From Bythopirellula sp. (GTDB lineage: Bacteria > Planctomycetota > Planctomycetia > Pirellulales > Lacipirellulaceae): 64,000 nt of DNA. The notes beneath the pieces were generated by a model. It ran no database searches. It saw only the letters and a list, made by a program, of their open reading frames with translations, and had not been told where the DNA came from. The position numbers and the translations under genes were made by a program. The stretch lies in the NCBI GenBank assembly GCA_965216565.1, contig OZ244170.1, forward strand, positions 1,440,001-1,504,000. Reading direction: 5' to 3'. How positions within the stretch are numbered: the first letter of the stretch is position 1; every line of letters starts with the position of its first letter. Shown in pieces: positions 9,740-19,801 of the stretch.

Positions 9740-11071
9740 CTAGCGGATGGACTGATCGCGACGGGCCGACGAGCGTTTCGCTAGGGCGAATCGCTCGGCA
9801 TTTCGCTTTGCCGTACCTACTGACTGACCGATAGCGACGAACTGAGCTGTCATTTCCTTTACGAGATCCCTGGCATTCAAGTCGGGCATCAAAGCTCGCT
9901 CTGGCTGGGCAGAGAATTTGGGATCACGAGGCTTGGCGAGTTCTGCCAAGTGTCGCTGCTCCTGCTTCTGTACTGCCAGAAACCAATCAGGAGGAGTCCG
10001 CTGTCCACGGCTGGCTGCTTTGAGATTATCAATCAAGAACGCTGCAGCACTACGCTTGAAGAATCCTTTTTTCTTCTGCTCTATCGCTGCCAAAGCGACG
10101 TCGCACCAAACGCGAACTAGCTTCTGGTCAAACGTCTTGAGCACCCAGCGGATACTCTGCTCGTCTAGTCCTAATCGTGTCAGTGGTTCTGTGAGGGGTG
10201 AACGCACCCGCCCGACTCCCCGGATCGCTTGGTTAAACCGGGAGCCGCGATCGAATTGAAAATAGCCGCCGTCTCTTCGTTTACCAAACCTAGGCATTCC
10301 GTTGAGATACCCTTGCTTCATCAATACCGAACTACAGCGTTCGATCTTTGCTTTCAATTTGCTCGTCGGCTGCTCAGCTGAGAATCCCAAGGTAGCGACT
10401 GCCAGCTGACGGATGCCAAACCGAGGCGATTGTTTGCGACGGTAGAACACCTTCTGAAGCAATAGGAAGAGTCGCCGGGTTGCCGGATCCAGGCTGCGAT
10501 ACAGCCCAAGGTCGAAACGCAGCGCACCTCCCGTAGCTTGGCAGAACTCGAACAGCTGAGCGTCCCATACAATCCGCCACTCACGATTAGATCCCTCGTC
10601 GAGTGGCAAGCTGTAACCAAGCAGCCCAAATCGAACCTGGCGATGTTCCTGGCGTATTGGGTCGTAAAACAGATCATTTTCGTAATGAATACCTGCAAGA
10701 CGTCTGAGGGCTTCGCGAAAGAGTCGATAGGACTTTCCGCCCTTCGATTGAGGAGCAACGATTCCCAGCTGGCTCAAACAGTAATGAGGAGTGGCGTAAA
10801 ACTCGGATGATGGCTCTGGCTGAGCAAACGTCAGGGCGAGTAAGCCCCAAAGGTAGAATTCGTCGCAGGCTGAGAGGCCATCTGGGCAAGTCACTCGCAC
10901 TCGGGCCGTCTGCCGTTCGCCATTCTTTCCTGTGCAACGATAGGATGTTTCGTGGCAAAAGCCTGCTCGTAGGGAGGATTTTGAATCCAGTGGACACAAG
11001 GCGTGCTCAACTAGCGTGAGCTGGGTTAAACCAAGGGTCGGTGAGATTTTTCTTTGCTGGTGCGGTTTCAT
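9740..11071 (-). CDS. Putative replication initiator protein (RepA/TrfA-like, winged helix)
   Basis: DEFYLWGLLAL, FYATPHYCLSQLG, GGKSYRLFREALRRL, YRSLDPATRRLFLLLQK resemble plasmid initiators; divergent from parAB; start uncertain (ORF open to 11236). Confidence 0.7.
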   Translation of the reverse strand: MKPHQQRKISPTLGLTQLTLVEHALCPLDSKSSLRAGFCHETSYRCTGKNGERQTARVRVTCPDGLSACDEFYLWGLLALTFAQPEPSSEFYATPHYCLSQLGIVAPQSKGGKSYRLFREALRRLAGIHYENDLFYDPIRQEHRQVRFGLLGYSLPLDEGSNREWRIVWDAQLFEFCQATGGALRFDLGLYRSLDPATRRLFLLLQKVFYRRKQSPRFGIRQLAVATLGFSAEQPTSKLKAKIERCSSVLMKQGYLNGMPRFGKRRDGGYFQFDRGSRFNQAIRGVGRVRSPLTEPLTRLGLDEQSIRWVLKTFDQKLVRVWCDVALAAIEQKKKGFFKRSAAAFLIDNLKAASRGQRTPPDWFLAVQKQEQRHLAELAKPRDPKFSAQPERALMPDLNARDLVKEMTAQFVAIGQSVGTAKRNAERFALAKRSSARRDQSIR

Positions 11072-11202
11072 AACTGGCAACATCAGCCGTACCACGTCCG
11101 ACGGATTTACGAAACAAACAACTGCCGCAGCGACGAAAAAGATTGTCAGAATCTCTGCAAATGTGGCAACGTATCGGTAAGCGTTTCGAGAACTTGGCGC
11201 TG

Positions 11203-11219
11203 AATTGCCACTGGCAATT
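11203..11219. promoter_or_regulatory. Perfect palindrome AATTGCCA-C-TGGCAATT in the rep/parA divergent gap (parS/operator candidate)
   Basis: 8+1+8 palindrome about 28 bp upstream of the parA ATG; further TGGCAA half-sites at about 11075 and 11164. Confidence 0.55.
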
Positions 11220-11246
11220 TGGCGATCGCGTACCACCAGGAGGCAG

Positions 11247-12050
11247 ATGACTTCGACGCTATGCTTGATTAACCAGAAGGGAGGCTGTGGGAAAAGCTCG
11301 ACTTGTTTTCACTTGGGTGGTCAACTCGCAGCTGACGGGGACCGTGTGCTGCTGGTGGACGCTGACCCACAAGGATCGCTGAGCCAAGCATTCTTTGGTT
11401 CCGAGCGTATCGAGAGGCTCTCCTCCAGTGAAACGACCGCCGCTCTATTTCGGACTCCAGGCACGATCGACGCCCGTGCCTTAATTGCGGTTGCCCCGTT
11501 TGAAGACCTTGACATCGTTCGGGCCAACCAACTTCTTGCTCCTCACAATTCGCCCGAGCCAGAGACACTCGGACTTGGCCAGTACGCATTCGCATCGTTT
11601 ATCGAACAAATCACTGGCTATGACTGGATCCTGTTCGATTGCCCACCCAACCTGTACGGTTGCACTTGGAACGCCCTGTTGGCGTCTGACTACGTGCTAA
11701 TCCCGGTGCCACCTGAAGATTTTGGTACACAGGGCCTGAGAGCAGTCCACCAGGCGGTTGAGTCTGCTCGGCAGCTCAATTCGAGGTTACGCCAACTTGG
11801 ACACGTGATCACCAGACGTGATAGCAGGCTGTTAGTGCATCGAGCTTACGAAGAGAAGTTGCGTTCGGTTCACGCAGATGTCTTGAGAACCACAGTCCCC
11901 GAAGCTGCAGCCTTCAAAGTAGCCCTGACTTGTCGCCAACCAGTTGTCGTTGCGAATCCTCTCTCGAAAGCAGCTCAGAGCATCGTCTCTCTAGCAGCAG
12001 AGATTCGTAGTAGCATCGAGTACCACCAGCAAGCCCAAGGTGTTGCCTAA
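11247..12050 (+). CDS. parA: ParA family partition ATPase
   Basis: Deviant Walker A NQKGGCGKSS, LLVDADPQG, ILFDCPP; AGGAGG RBS. Confidence 0.95.
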   Translation: MTSTLCLINQKGGCGKSSTCFHLGGQLAADGDRVLLVDADPQGSLSQAFFGSERIERLSSSETTAALFRTPGTIDARALIAVAPFEDLDIVRANQLLAPHNSPEPETLGLGQYAFASFIEQITGYDWILFDCPPNLYGCTWNALLASDYVLIPVPPEDFGTQGLRAVHQAVESARQLNSRLRQLGHVITRRDSRLLVHRAYEEKLRSVHADVLRTTVPEAAAFKVALTCRQPVVVANPLSKAAQSIVSLAAEIRSSIEYHQQAQGVA

Positions 12051-12955
12051 TGAAGACGACCCAGCAAATGCTCGCAACCGCCGATGATCACTTGGCAGAG
12101 TCGATAGGGAAGCGGAACGCACAAACAGAGATACAACTTGCCCCGAAGCCCGTTGAGGCTGACATCGGACGGCTACCTGCTCCAGAGTTTGGTCGAATCG
12201 AGGTGAGTCGATTACAGCCAGATCCTAGCCAGCCACGTCTTCACTTCGATGCAGAGGCTATCGAGCGTCTAGCGGCAAGCCTCAAGAGCGCTGGCCAACT
12301 CGCCCCGATCCGTGCTCGCTGGTCAAATTCGCATAAAAAATGGCTGATCGTTGCCGGGGAACGTCGCTGGCGGGCAGCTCAACACGCCGGTCTTGATACC
12401 GTCGATTGCTTTTTCTACCAAGCACCTCTCGACGAGGGTGAAATCCTTCGCCTTCAACTTGTCGAGAACCTTCTTCGCGAGAACCTCAAGCCAATTGAAG
12501 AGGCTCGCGGCTTCCGCAGGCTCATGCAGCAGCAAGGATATACCGGCAAACAAGTGGCTGAAGAGCTTTCAGTTCCAGAATCAAAGGTCAGCCGTTCACT
12601 GGCTTTGCTAAGACTGCCTGAGGACATTCAGCAGCAGGTTGACGAAGGCAAGCTGGCTCCGCGTGTTGCCTACGAACTCACCAAGGTGGCGTCCCAGGGT
12701 AACCAGCAAAAGTTGGCAGCACTTGCAGTGTCTGGAAAAATCGGAATTAAGGACATCTGTGGATCCACACTCTCCAAGAAGAAACGCAGCTTGAGTCGCA
12801 AACGTGGGGTTCGGCTGATTTTCCCGCTCGATGATGGTTGGAATGTCACCGTATCGCGGCGGCGAAAGGGCAACTACCACGAAGTCGAGCAAGCACTAGT
12901 CGACGCCCTCGAAGACGTCCGCACACGCATTCGAGGCGGCGTGCAACTCTTCTGA
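12050..12955 (+). CDS. parB: ParB/RepB/Spo0J partition protein
   Basis: QPR...GQLAPI...IVAGERRWRAA...ENLLRENL, then HTH; TAATG overlap with parA. Confidence 0.95.
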   Translation: MKTTQQMLATADDHLAESIGKRNAQTEIQLAPKPVEADIGRLPAPEFGRIEVSRLQPDPSQPRLHFDAEAIERLAASLKSAGQLAPIRARWSNSHKKWLIVAGERRWRAAQHAGLDTVDCFFYQAPLDEGEILRLQLVENLLRENLKPIEEARGFRRLMQQQGYTGKQVAEELSVPESKVSRSLALLRLPEDIQQQVDEGKLAPRVAYELTKVASQGNQQKLAALAVSGKIGIKDICGSTLSKKKRSLSRKRGVRLIFPLDDGWNVTVSRRRKGNYHEVEQALVDALEDVRTRIRGGVQLF

Positions 12956-13128
12956 GCAATTTGCGCAGTCACTCATTACAGTTCACGAACAGTCGCGCCG
13001 AATCGTTTAGCCGCGCCGAGCGAGATTATCGCTCGGGTTCCTGTGAGTGACCTGAATCTCTTTCGACTCGATCGTCATCAGAATATCTGACGCTACCTAG
13101 ACTGAGTTCGCTTGGGTGACGAATAACT

Positions 13129-14010
13129 ATGATCAAAAACTGGTTAAAACAATCCTCGTTCTCGAAGGGCAAGACACTTAGCATCCTGCTGGTTCCCTGC
13201 GGAATCTGGCTGTTACTAGTGGGGTCCATCTCAGCTGCCATTTTATACATCGCGGTCGTGATAACCATCATGGCTCTGTCGCAATTGCGGATCTGGACTC
13301 GTCTCGAAACATTTTTGCAAGCAGATGAATTACCAAGCGTTGTGCTTGCTGTTGCAGCCGATGCGACTGCGTATGGGCTCTTTCAGTCGATCGGCCAATC
13401 ACTTCGCGAAATGTCCGCCAACCAAGATCCGATTTACCGCGAGCTGGCTCTCGGTCGATTACGACAAATCAGCGAAGAAGCGTCGGCGGTTGCGACGGGG
13501 CGAATCGAGTTCCATGGTACCGAAGCATGGCGACGGGCCTATGAGCAACTACTACGCAGCCGCGGACTCTACAGCTATCGGTCCGTCGCTTATGCCTGCA
13601 CGCCGAATTACTGGCAAGACGAACCGGGGCGCCAGAGCATGCAAGTGAACCTTGAGCTAGCGAGCAGTGGCCTTGCCATCCAGCGCATTGTCATTGTTCC
13701 CGAAGCCTACTGGCCACAAGGTGAGCGGTTTCCAGTCGAGCCCCTTGGTAAATGGCTCGATCAACAAGTTCGGGGTGGAATTGAAATCTCGATTGTGGCC
13801 GGATCATTGCTTTCTGGAGACCTAGACCTCATGGCCGACTTTGGGCTCTACGGCAATCGAGCGGTCGGCTTTCAGCGTCTCGACGAGCAGGGCAGGACCC
13901 TGCATTTCTCCCTATCTTTCGACTTCGCAGAGCTACTTGCTACCGAACGTCGCTGGGACCGCCTCACACTCCACGCCACCCCTTACGAAGCATTGCTGCA
14001 AAAAACTTAG
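13129..14010 (+). CDS. Membrane-anchored hypothetical protein (C-terminal domain possibly DUF6879/PLD-like)
   Basis: Two N-terminal hydrophobic helices; C-terminal IQRIVIV...DFGLYG...F..LW-like pattern; family assignment is tentative. Confidence 0.65.
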   Translation: MIKNWLKQSSFSKGKTLSILLVPCGIWLLLVGSISAAILYIAVVITIMALSQLRIWTRLETFLQADELPSVVLAVAADATAYGLFQSIGQSLREMSANQDPIYRELALGRLRQISEEASAVATGRIEFHGTEAWRRAYEQLLRSRGLYSYRSVAYACTPNYWQDEPGRQSMQVNLELASSGLAIQRIVIVPEAYWPQGERFPVEPLGKWLDQQVRGGIEISIVAGSLLSGDLDLMADFGLYGNRAVGFQRLDEQGRTLHFSLSFDFAELLATERRWDRLTLHATPYEALLQKT

Positions 14011-14075
14011 GAAATCGACTGGATCGATCAGCATAGTGTACGTAAGATCAGTACACCACGGCCCCGGAGACAGCG

Positions 14076-15407
14076 TTGAGCGAAACGCTTTACCTAGACA
14101 CTGCCCGGCTGGGCCTGATTTCCCCCAGTGCCCAGCGAATTCAAATCCAGTTCGCCCGTCTCGCGAGCGATCCTCAGGGGCTGCTGTACTTCGGAGAGTT
14201 TCTTTCATCAGGCCTACTCGGTGGAAGCCTATCTTCTTGGCAAGCGGTTGATCCTCATCAGCACTGGAATGGTGTTCAAGGACTTCAGAAATCCCTGCGC
14301 TATCTAGTAAACGCTCCAGGCGAGGCTGAGGTATTGTTGGCAAGTCGTTCCGCTACGGTGATGCATATAGCAGCTCAACAGCTCGCCAAACATTGCGACC
14401 GAGTTCTGACAGCTGATTTGCTGTGGCCACCCTATCGACGAATTCTTGTTGACGCATTCCGTCGAACAAGTAAGTCGATTCGCATCTGTTCTTTACGCCA
14501 TGCAGTGATCCAACTGGAGGCAAGCCGATCGATTCTCACAGCCACGATCTGCCAAGCGTTCGACAAACACCAGTGCGACGGCTTACTGCTGCCTCTGATT
14601 GACCACCACGGCGTGACGCTTCCAATTGCGGACGTTGTCAGCACGTTACGCGTCCGAGGACATTCACTCAGGCAAGTCGTAATCGACGCTTCGCAATCGC
14701 TGGGGCATATCCCCGTCGATATCCCTTCGATCGGCTGCGATCTGCTGATTGGAGGAACACATAAATGGCTCGGAGGTTATCAGCCTCTTGGCATTGGAAT
14801 CAGTCTTGGACACACAGGCCTAAACTATTCTCACTTGGCATCGCTGGATCCGCTGCTGCGTCTGACGCAGGAACAGATTGGGGGCTGCCGATCGCGGCAT
14901 GGCGAAACGTCGGCAGTCTTGCCACTTCTCACAGCGGCTGGAGCTTTAGCTGATTCGCCACCTGACATCATCAAGCGGCGACTTGAGATACGCAGGGCAA
15001 ACCGACGGGAGTTCACCAAGCTCCTAACTCAATCTGCCTGGCGAACCGTGAGAGTGGCTCAGGAAGACCACGGCATCGTATTAAGCAGGCCGCCACGATG
15101 CTTGAGATCTCATGACGAGCAATCGCTACGGAATGCTCTTGCGATGCGAGGTATTGCAGCCACGGTTTACCCCAACGGGTTGGTTCGATTCTCGATGCCA
15201 CACCCCTATTTCTCGGAGAAAGATCTAGCTGTACTGCGAACCACACTGAAAGGCGATTCGCTATACCCTTGTAATCACCCATCCCATACGAAAGGAAAAC
15301 CATCATGCCCAACGGTGGAACCGACAATTGTTCAATCTGTTGCTGCAACGAAGCAAACCAAGGGCAAATCGGCAATCACAATGCCGATGGCGTCCAACGC
15401 TGTCTGA
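14076..15407 (+). CDS. Aminotransferase class V-fold PLP-dependent enzyme
   Basis: LYLDTARLG, VVIDASQSLG, DLLIGGTHKWLGG (PLP lysine), VRFS; TTG start with GGAG RBS. Confidence 0.85.
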   Translation: MSETLYLDTARLGLISPSAQRIQIQFARLASDPQGLLYFGEFLSSGLLGGSLSSWQAVDPHQHWNGVQGLQKSLRYLVNAPGEAEVLLASRSATVMHIAAQQLAKHCDRVLTADLLWPPYRRILVDAFRRTSKSIRICSLRHAVIQLEASRSILTATICQAFDKHQCDGLLLPLIDHHGVTLPIADVVSTLRVRGHSLRQVVIDASQSLGHIPVDIPSIGCDLLIGGTHKWLGGYQPLGIGISLGHTGLNYSHLASLDPLLRLTQEQIGGCRSRHGETSAVLPLLTAAGALADSPPDIIKRRLEIRRANRREFTKLLTQSAWRTVRVAQEDHGIVLSRPPRCLRSHDEQSLRNALAMRGIAATVYPNGLVRFSMPHPYFSEKDLAVLRTTLKGDSLYPCNHPSHTKGKPSCPTVEPTIVQSVAATKQTKGKSAITMPMASNAV

Positions 15408-15526
15408 TACAAGGGCTGCCTATTAGCCTATCGCGGAGGAAATTGGACCGGTTGCATTCTGCAACCGGTCCAATCCTACCAAGGTCATCAGTGAGAGATG
15501 AAAGGGCAAGGAGTTCAGCAGGCTGA
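15305..15526 (+). pseudogene. Short Cys-rich ORF (MPNGGTDNCSICCCN...), possible gene remnant
   Basis: Good RBS GAAAGGA before the ATG; overlaps the 3' end of the PLP gene; interrupted by a perfect palindrome. Confidence 0.35.
15442..15474. repeat. Perfect 15-bp inverted repeat
   Basis: ATTGGACCGGTTGCA-TTC-TGCAACCGGTCCAAT. Confidence 0.9.
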
Positions 15527-15738
15527 TCCAACATGGCAATCCTAACGAGAGAGCGATTGCCATCCTGCATGCCATTTTGAATGGCAAAACCATCGACAAA
15601 TGCAGCACTTCCGACCAAAGTCATGTTGAAAGGTAGGAACCACACGAAAGAGAGACCAAGTGTGTACACCTGCGCTGAACAGTTTTCCGCCTCGCACGCA
15701 ACGTCGATAAGATGGCTGCGATAAAGTGCAGCTTTCGT

Positions 15739-17094
15739 TCACGGACTCAGCAGTCCTTTTTCTACCATCAGTTCTCCGAAGGTGTTCAGCAGACGTTGCG
15801 TTTTGCGAGCTAGCGGCATGTTGTTGTCGTGAATGTGGCCGCCAATGTAGTTTGGGAAGGGCCCGTTAGGACGGTCGTTCTTCCGGCCACCACCTACGAA
15901 GAACAGTCGCTGAAAACTCATGCTATCGTCGTCGAGTACCGCTATAGACCTGAGGCCGCTGAGAGACAGGGGCTGCTTTTCTTCCAGGTAGGTCCATTTT
16001 CCGTTCACAAGTTGCTTATGCCCATCAGAAATAAAAGGTACAAGCACGCTACGGATCTCTGGCAAGGCAGCTTGAAATGCAAGTTCTAGTTTAGCCTTCT
16101 CTCTGGCTGCGGCAATCTGATCGGCCAAAGCAATCTGTTCGGCTTTAAGGCCTGCCAGTTCTGCCTTCTTTCGCTCAGCCTCGACCTTGTCACGCTCAAG
16201 ACGCTTCTGGGTTTCGAGTTCTTGCAATTCAATCTGCGACGCCGCTTCCTGTTCGGCGAGCGCCGCCTCGCTGGCCTTGACCTCAGCTGCGATCTGCTCG
16301 GCTCTTTGGCGTAGCTGCAAAGCCCTTAGTCTCTCGATTGCCTCCCTTAGCGAGCTTTCTGCCGGAGCACGCGACTTTGCTTCTTCAGCAAGCAGCCGAA
16401 CCAGTGCATTGTCTTCCTTCCACTGTCGCAGCCCTAATTCCAATTGCGAGCGGATACCGTTGAGCTGCTTCGTGAACCCGCTGTCGATTTCAAGTGTCGC
16501 CAATTCATCGGCGGCAGCTTGTTCGACCGGTTTGGCGATTGTCAGCAGGGACTGTCGTAAGCTAGCCGTCTTCGCAGGAGAGAGGCGGTCCCGATCGATA
16601 GCTGCTGCGAACAACTCCACTGCTTTCTCATCGGCCGCTATGCGGTGGCCAACTTCCCCTGTCTCCACAGAGGTCACAAACTCGTCCCACCGCTTTTGCT
16701 CTTTGGTAAGGCGACCAAGCAAGTCTTGGGATGTTCGGATATCGGACTGGGCTTCGAGTACCGATGCGCGCCGAACCGCGTCGCTGGTGGAAATGACATT
16801 GGTCGGCCGAGTTCGAGCAGCTGACTTGGGCTCGCCAACGTTGCGGGCGGCTTGTTCGGCAGGAGAATCTTTGCTTGCCTCTGATATCAAATCATTCTGC
16901 AGGGCTTGTGTGGTCAGCTGCTTTACACCCAGGGCGATCAAAACGACGCCACCCATGATTATGCCAATCACCCGCAGTGTTCTCATCCATGAAGGAGCAG
17001 CTCTGCCTGTGGCAGCGTTCTCAGTAGACGCAGCGTCCCATGGATCTTTGTCGGATTCGTCCGCTGAGGTGCTTTCAGAGCCAGTTTCATTCAT
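15739..17094 (-). CDS. Single-TM coiled-coil hypothetical protein
   Basis: TM VIGIIMGGVVLIALGV; long A/E/Q/K/L-rich heptad region; globular C-terminus. Confidence 0.8.
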   Translation of the reverse strand: MNETGSESTSADESDKDPWDAASTENAATGRAAPSWMRTLRVIGIIMGGVVLIALGVKQLTTQALQNDLISEASKDSPAEQAARNVGEPKSAARTRPTNVISTSDAVRRASVLEAQSDIRTSQDLLGRLTKEQKRWDEFVTSVETGEVGHRIAADEKAVELFAAAIDRDRLSPAKTASLRQSLLTIAKPVEQAAADELATLEIDSGFTKQLNGIRSQLELGLRQWKEDNALVRLLAEEAKSRAPAESSLREAIERLRALQLRQRAEQIAAEVKASEAALAEQEAASQIELQELETQKRLERDKVEAERKKAELAGLKAEQIALADQIAAAREKAKLELAFQAALPEIRSVLVPFISDGHKQLVNGKWTYLEEKQPLSLSGLRSIAVLDDDSMSFQRLFFVGGGRKNDRPNGPFPNYIGGHIHDNNMPLARKTQRLLNTFGELMVEKGLLSP

Positions 17095-17118
17095 GTGGTA
17101 GTCGCTTGTTCGTTTCGC

Positions 17119-18624
17119 TTAATTCTTCGAAAGGCTAAACAGGGGACCAGGCAGCCACGAATCAGCGAACCGCAGCAGTGGCCGACAGAGGCAGGAGGCA
17201 CCAAGCCCAATCCAGAGTGCCAAAGTCGCCCCACCAGCGAACGCCGTCGCTGCAAGGGCCCATCCGCACCAGAGAAACACCATCGCTGCGAGGCCAGCTG
17301 CCAAGTAAGTTGGCGTAGCTCTCACACGGTAGAAGCTAGCGGCACTGCGTAGTGCCGATTGGGTGTACCACAGCGAAAACGCAATACAGATGCAACCCAA
17401 TAGGGTAAACGCCCAGCTGCCAAATGCCCCTAAGCCGATCGCTACAACTCCGCCGCCACCAAGCCGACCTGCCAAGTTCATGGCCGTGCGGTGCGACTTG
17501 GAAAACCGACTAATTTCTTGCTGACGTGTCTCCTGGGTTTGGACGTCGCTCCGCCGGGCTTCTTCTTGACGCGTCTCTTCTTCGCCCCAACCGGTGAGCA
17601 CAAACTTATCAATTACGATTGCCGGGTCGTAAACTGTTCGTATTAGACGCTCCTTGACGAATTCCTTGAGCCAGACACGGTCTTTGAATTTCTGCTCAAT
17701 CACATCTTCACGAAACTGCTCGCCGGTTACGACGTACGCCTCATCCGCCAGCCAAGCAGGAATCTTCTCGATAATGGGCTGTACGTCTTTGGGAACCGCT
17801 ACGCTGTCAGCCGGAAGGATGACTTTCTCTGCTTTCATCAAGTGGTGCTCGTGTCGCCAGCGTGACTTGACCTCTTTCTCTTCAATTTCGCTGGTACGCA
17901 CTTCTTCGACTTCCCAGATGTCTTGCACTGCATCAACATTTTGCCAGTTACTCTGAACTGATGAAGATGGATTAGACTTGCGATGATAAACAGAGTTCTC
18001 TTTGAAGAAATGGAATTTACATACGCTTTCCGACGTCCATTCGATCAATCCAAAGATGGACCGATCAACAAGGCGGTCCAATGCCTCGAACGTCGATTGA
18101 ATGACTCGGTGCGTAGTCTGACGAATCGACCTGTCTAGGCTCTGATAGACCTCGCCAATCGGCTTTGCGATCAATTCGGCCGACAAGACACTGTCCGGCT
18201 TGAAGCCGTTGAACGCGGCCTGCTCGAATCGTGATTTGACTAGCATCGATTCGATTTGCTTACGACGAGGATCGTCTTGGCCGAAACCCTTGAGGGTTAC
18301 CGATAGCGTCTGCTGGCAAACTTCCCAGAGCAAGTCGGAGACTTCCTGGTGACGTAACTCCAGAAGCCGCAAATTGTCTTCATAACCGTAGACGAGGTCT
18401 TCAATGACTTCAAAGTTACTTAGCTTACGCTTGGTCCAAGGCAGTGTTTCCAAAAGCCGCTCGACAATCTTGCTGTTTCGTGATTTTTCAATCTCAAGCA
18501 GAGGGTTTTCACTCTGCGGTCGGATACGTCTGGGAAACGTCCTACCGCTAATACGTATGCTGTATGAGGGGACGCCGCTTGACGAATGCACGGGGGCCGG
18601 ATTCTTACTCGCTGGAGCTACCAT
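17119..18624 (-). CDS. Hypothetical protein with C-terminal four-helix membrane domain
   Basis: 501 aa, soluble N-terminal part and about 4 hydrophobic segments at the C-terminus; 24 bp upstream of the coiled-coil gene. Confidence 0.8.
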   Translation of the reverse strand: MVAPASKNPAPVHSSSGVPSYSIRISGRTFPRRIRPQSENPLLEIEKSRNSKIVERLLETLPWTKRKLSNFEVIEDLVYGYEDNLRLLELRHQEVSDLLWEVCQQTLSVTLKGFGQDDPRRKQIESMLVKSRFEQAAFNGFKPDSVLSAELIAKPIGEVYQSLDRSIRQTTHRVIQSTFEALDRLVDRSIFGLIEWTSESVCKFHFFKENSVYHRKSNPSSSVQSNWQNVDAVQDIWEVEEVRTSEIEEKEVKSRWRHEHHLMKAEKVILPADSVAVPKDVQPIIEKIPAWLADEAYVVTGEQFREDVIEQKFKDRVWLKEFVKERLIRTVYDPAIVIDKFVLTGWGEEETRQEEARRSDVQTQETRQQEISRFSKSHRTAMNLAGRLGGGGVVAIGLGAFGSWAFTLLGCICIAFSLWYTQSALRSAASFYRVRATPTYLAAGLAAMVFLWCGWALAATAFAGGATLALWIGLGASCLCRPLLRFADSWLPGPLFSLSKN

Positions 18625-18754
18625 ATTTTCCCTCTATAACCGACCGATCTAACCTGAACACAACACCTCAACGGCCTTGTTTTGCTAGGATAGCTATTGT
18701 AGTAAAAATGCGACGATCCTGCATGCACCCCATCCACCAAAGAAAGCCTTCTCC

Positions 18755-19771
18755 TTGAGTCGAGACGACGAGAAGACAATTCGCTACCGAGGCCGCACGC
18801 TGCAAGTCCAGCAAACACTGCGAATAGCTGGTCGAAAGTACATGGTGATCGCTCGCTTGGCGGGCAATCGAAGCACTCAGACAGCTCTGCCGACACGCAG
18901 CCGCCTCCAGGTTTTTGATCCTCCCGCGCAGGCGCTCCGTGTTGTCCACGAACTTCCCGATGGCCCAAACGCTCGACAGGCGATTGCAAGCCTACGTCGA
19001 CTCGACCGGCAAGGCACCTGTGCACCGACCTTGATTGATTGTCAGCTCAGTCAGGGCCAATGGAAACTGCTGACCACATGGGTCGAAGGGGAGACTCTTG
19101 CTGTCTACCTAAATGCAGCCCGTGATGGAAAGAAGCCTTGGCCTTCCGTTTATGAAACCGTCAGGATGTACCGTCAGTTTGTGCATAGCCTGTGTCAGTT
19201 CCACCAGTTTACTGGCCGCCTACATGGGGATATTTCGCCAGCCAATCTCATCGTCCAGGCTCAGCCGCATGCACTTAGGCTGATCGACTTTGGCAGCGCT
19301 TGGCCGATGTCAGATTCTGAGGCAAAGCATCAGGGGGAAGGAGCAACTCCAGGCTACTCCGCGCCCGAAAGACTTACTCCTGCCATAGCTAACCACTTGG
19401 CCGACCAGTTCTCTGCAAGCATTGTTCTCTACGAGATGCTAACAGGCCAGCTTCCCTACGAAGGAATGGGAGGTAGGGCAGGCGAACCAGAGTATCGCGA
19501 CACGTTTGCGGATGCTTATAAGCCCCCGAGCCACTTGGCTGCCAAACTCGGGGACTGCCCTCAGCAAGCATGGGCCTTGATTGACGCTCTCGCTCGCGAA
19601 GGGCTTCGACTGCTATCTGAAGAGCGATACCAGAACAGCGGTCAGTGGCGCCAGGCAGCCGATGCTGCGTGGGAGCAGGTCAGACTGCCCAGCAGTCTCA
19701 GCGTAACCGGCCGGATCGGCGAAGCCGTGGCGAACTGGATAGAACGAATGACAAAGGGCAAAGAGAGCTGA
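18755..19771 (+). CDS. Ser/Thr protein kinase (Hanks type, atypical N-lobe)
   Basis: LHGDISPANL, LIDFG, GATPGYSAPE, ADQFS...YEMLTGQLPY; no clear Gly-loop or VAIK lysine. Confidence 0.85.
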   Translation: MSRDDEKTIRYRGRTLQVQQTLRIAGRKYMVIARLAGNRSTQTALPTRSRLQVFDPPAQALRVVHELPDGPNARQAIASLRRLDRQGTCAPTLIDCQLSQGQWKLLTTWVEGETLAVYLNAARDGKKPWPSVYETVRMYRQFVHSLCQFHQFTGRLHGDISPANLIVQAQPHALRLIDFGSAWPMSDSEAKHQGEGATPGYSAPERLTPAIANHLADQFSASIVLYEMLTGQLPYEGMGGRAGEPEYRDTFADAYKPPSHLAAKLGDCPQQAWALIDALAREGLRLLSEERYQNSGQWRQAADAAWEQVRLPSSLSVTGRIGEAVANWIERMTKGKES

Positions 19772-19801
19772 CTGGAATGATTAGGCCGAAGGGTAGTGTG
19801 A

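Noticed and set aside
11072..11236. N-terminal extension of the Rep ORF
   Set aside because: Would cover the parA promoter and palindrome region; no homolog-like sequence before MKPHQQ
16187..17101. 304-aa plus-strand ORF
   Set aside because: Ser/Ala-rich antisense shadow of the coiled-coil gene; the same applies to the many short antisense ORFs over mscK, groEL and the kinases
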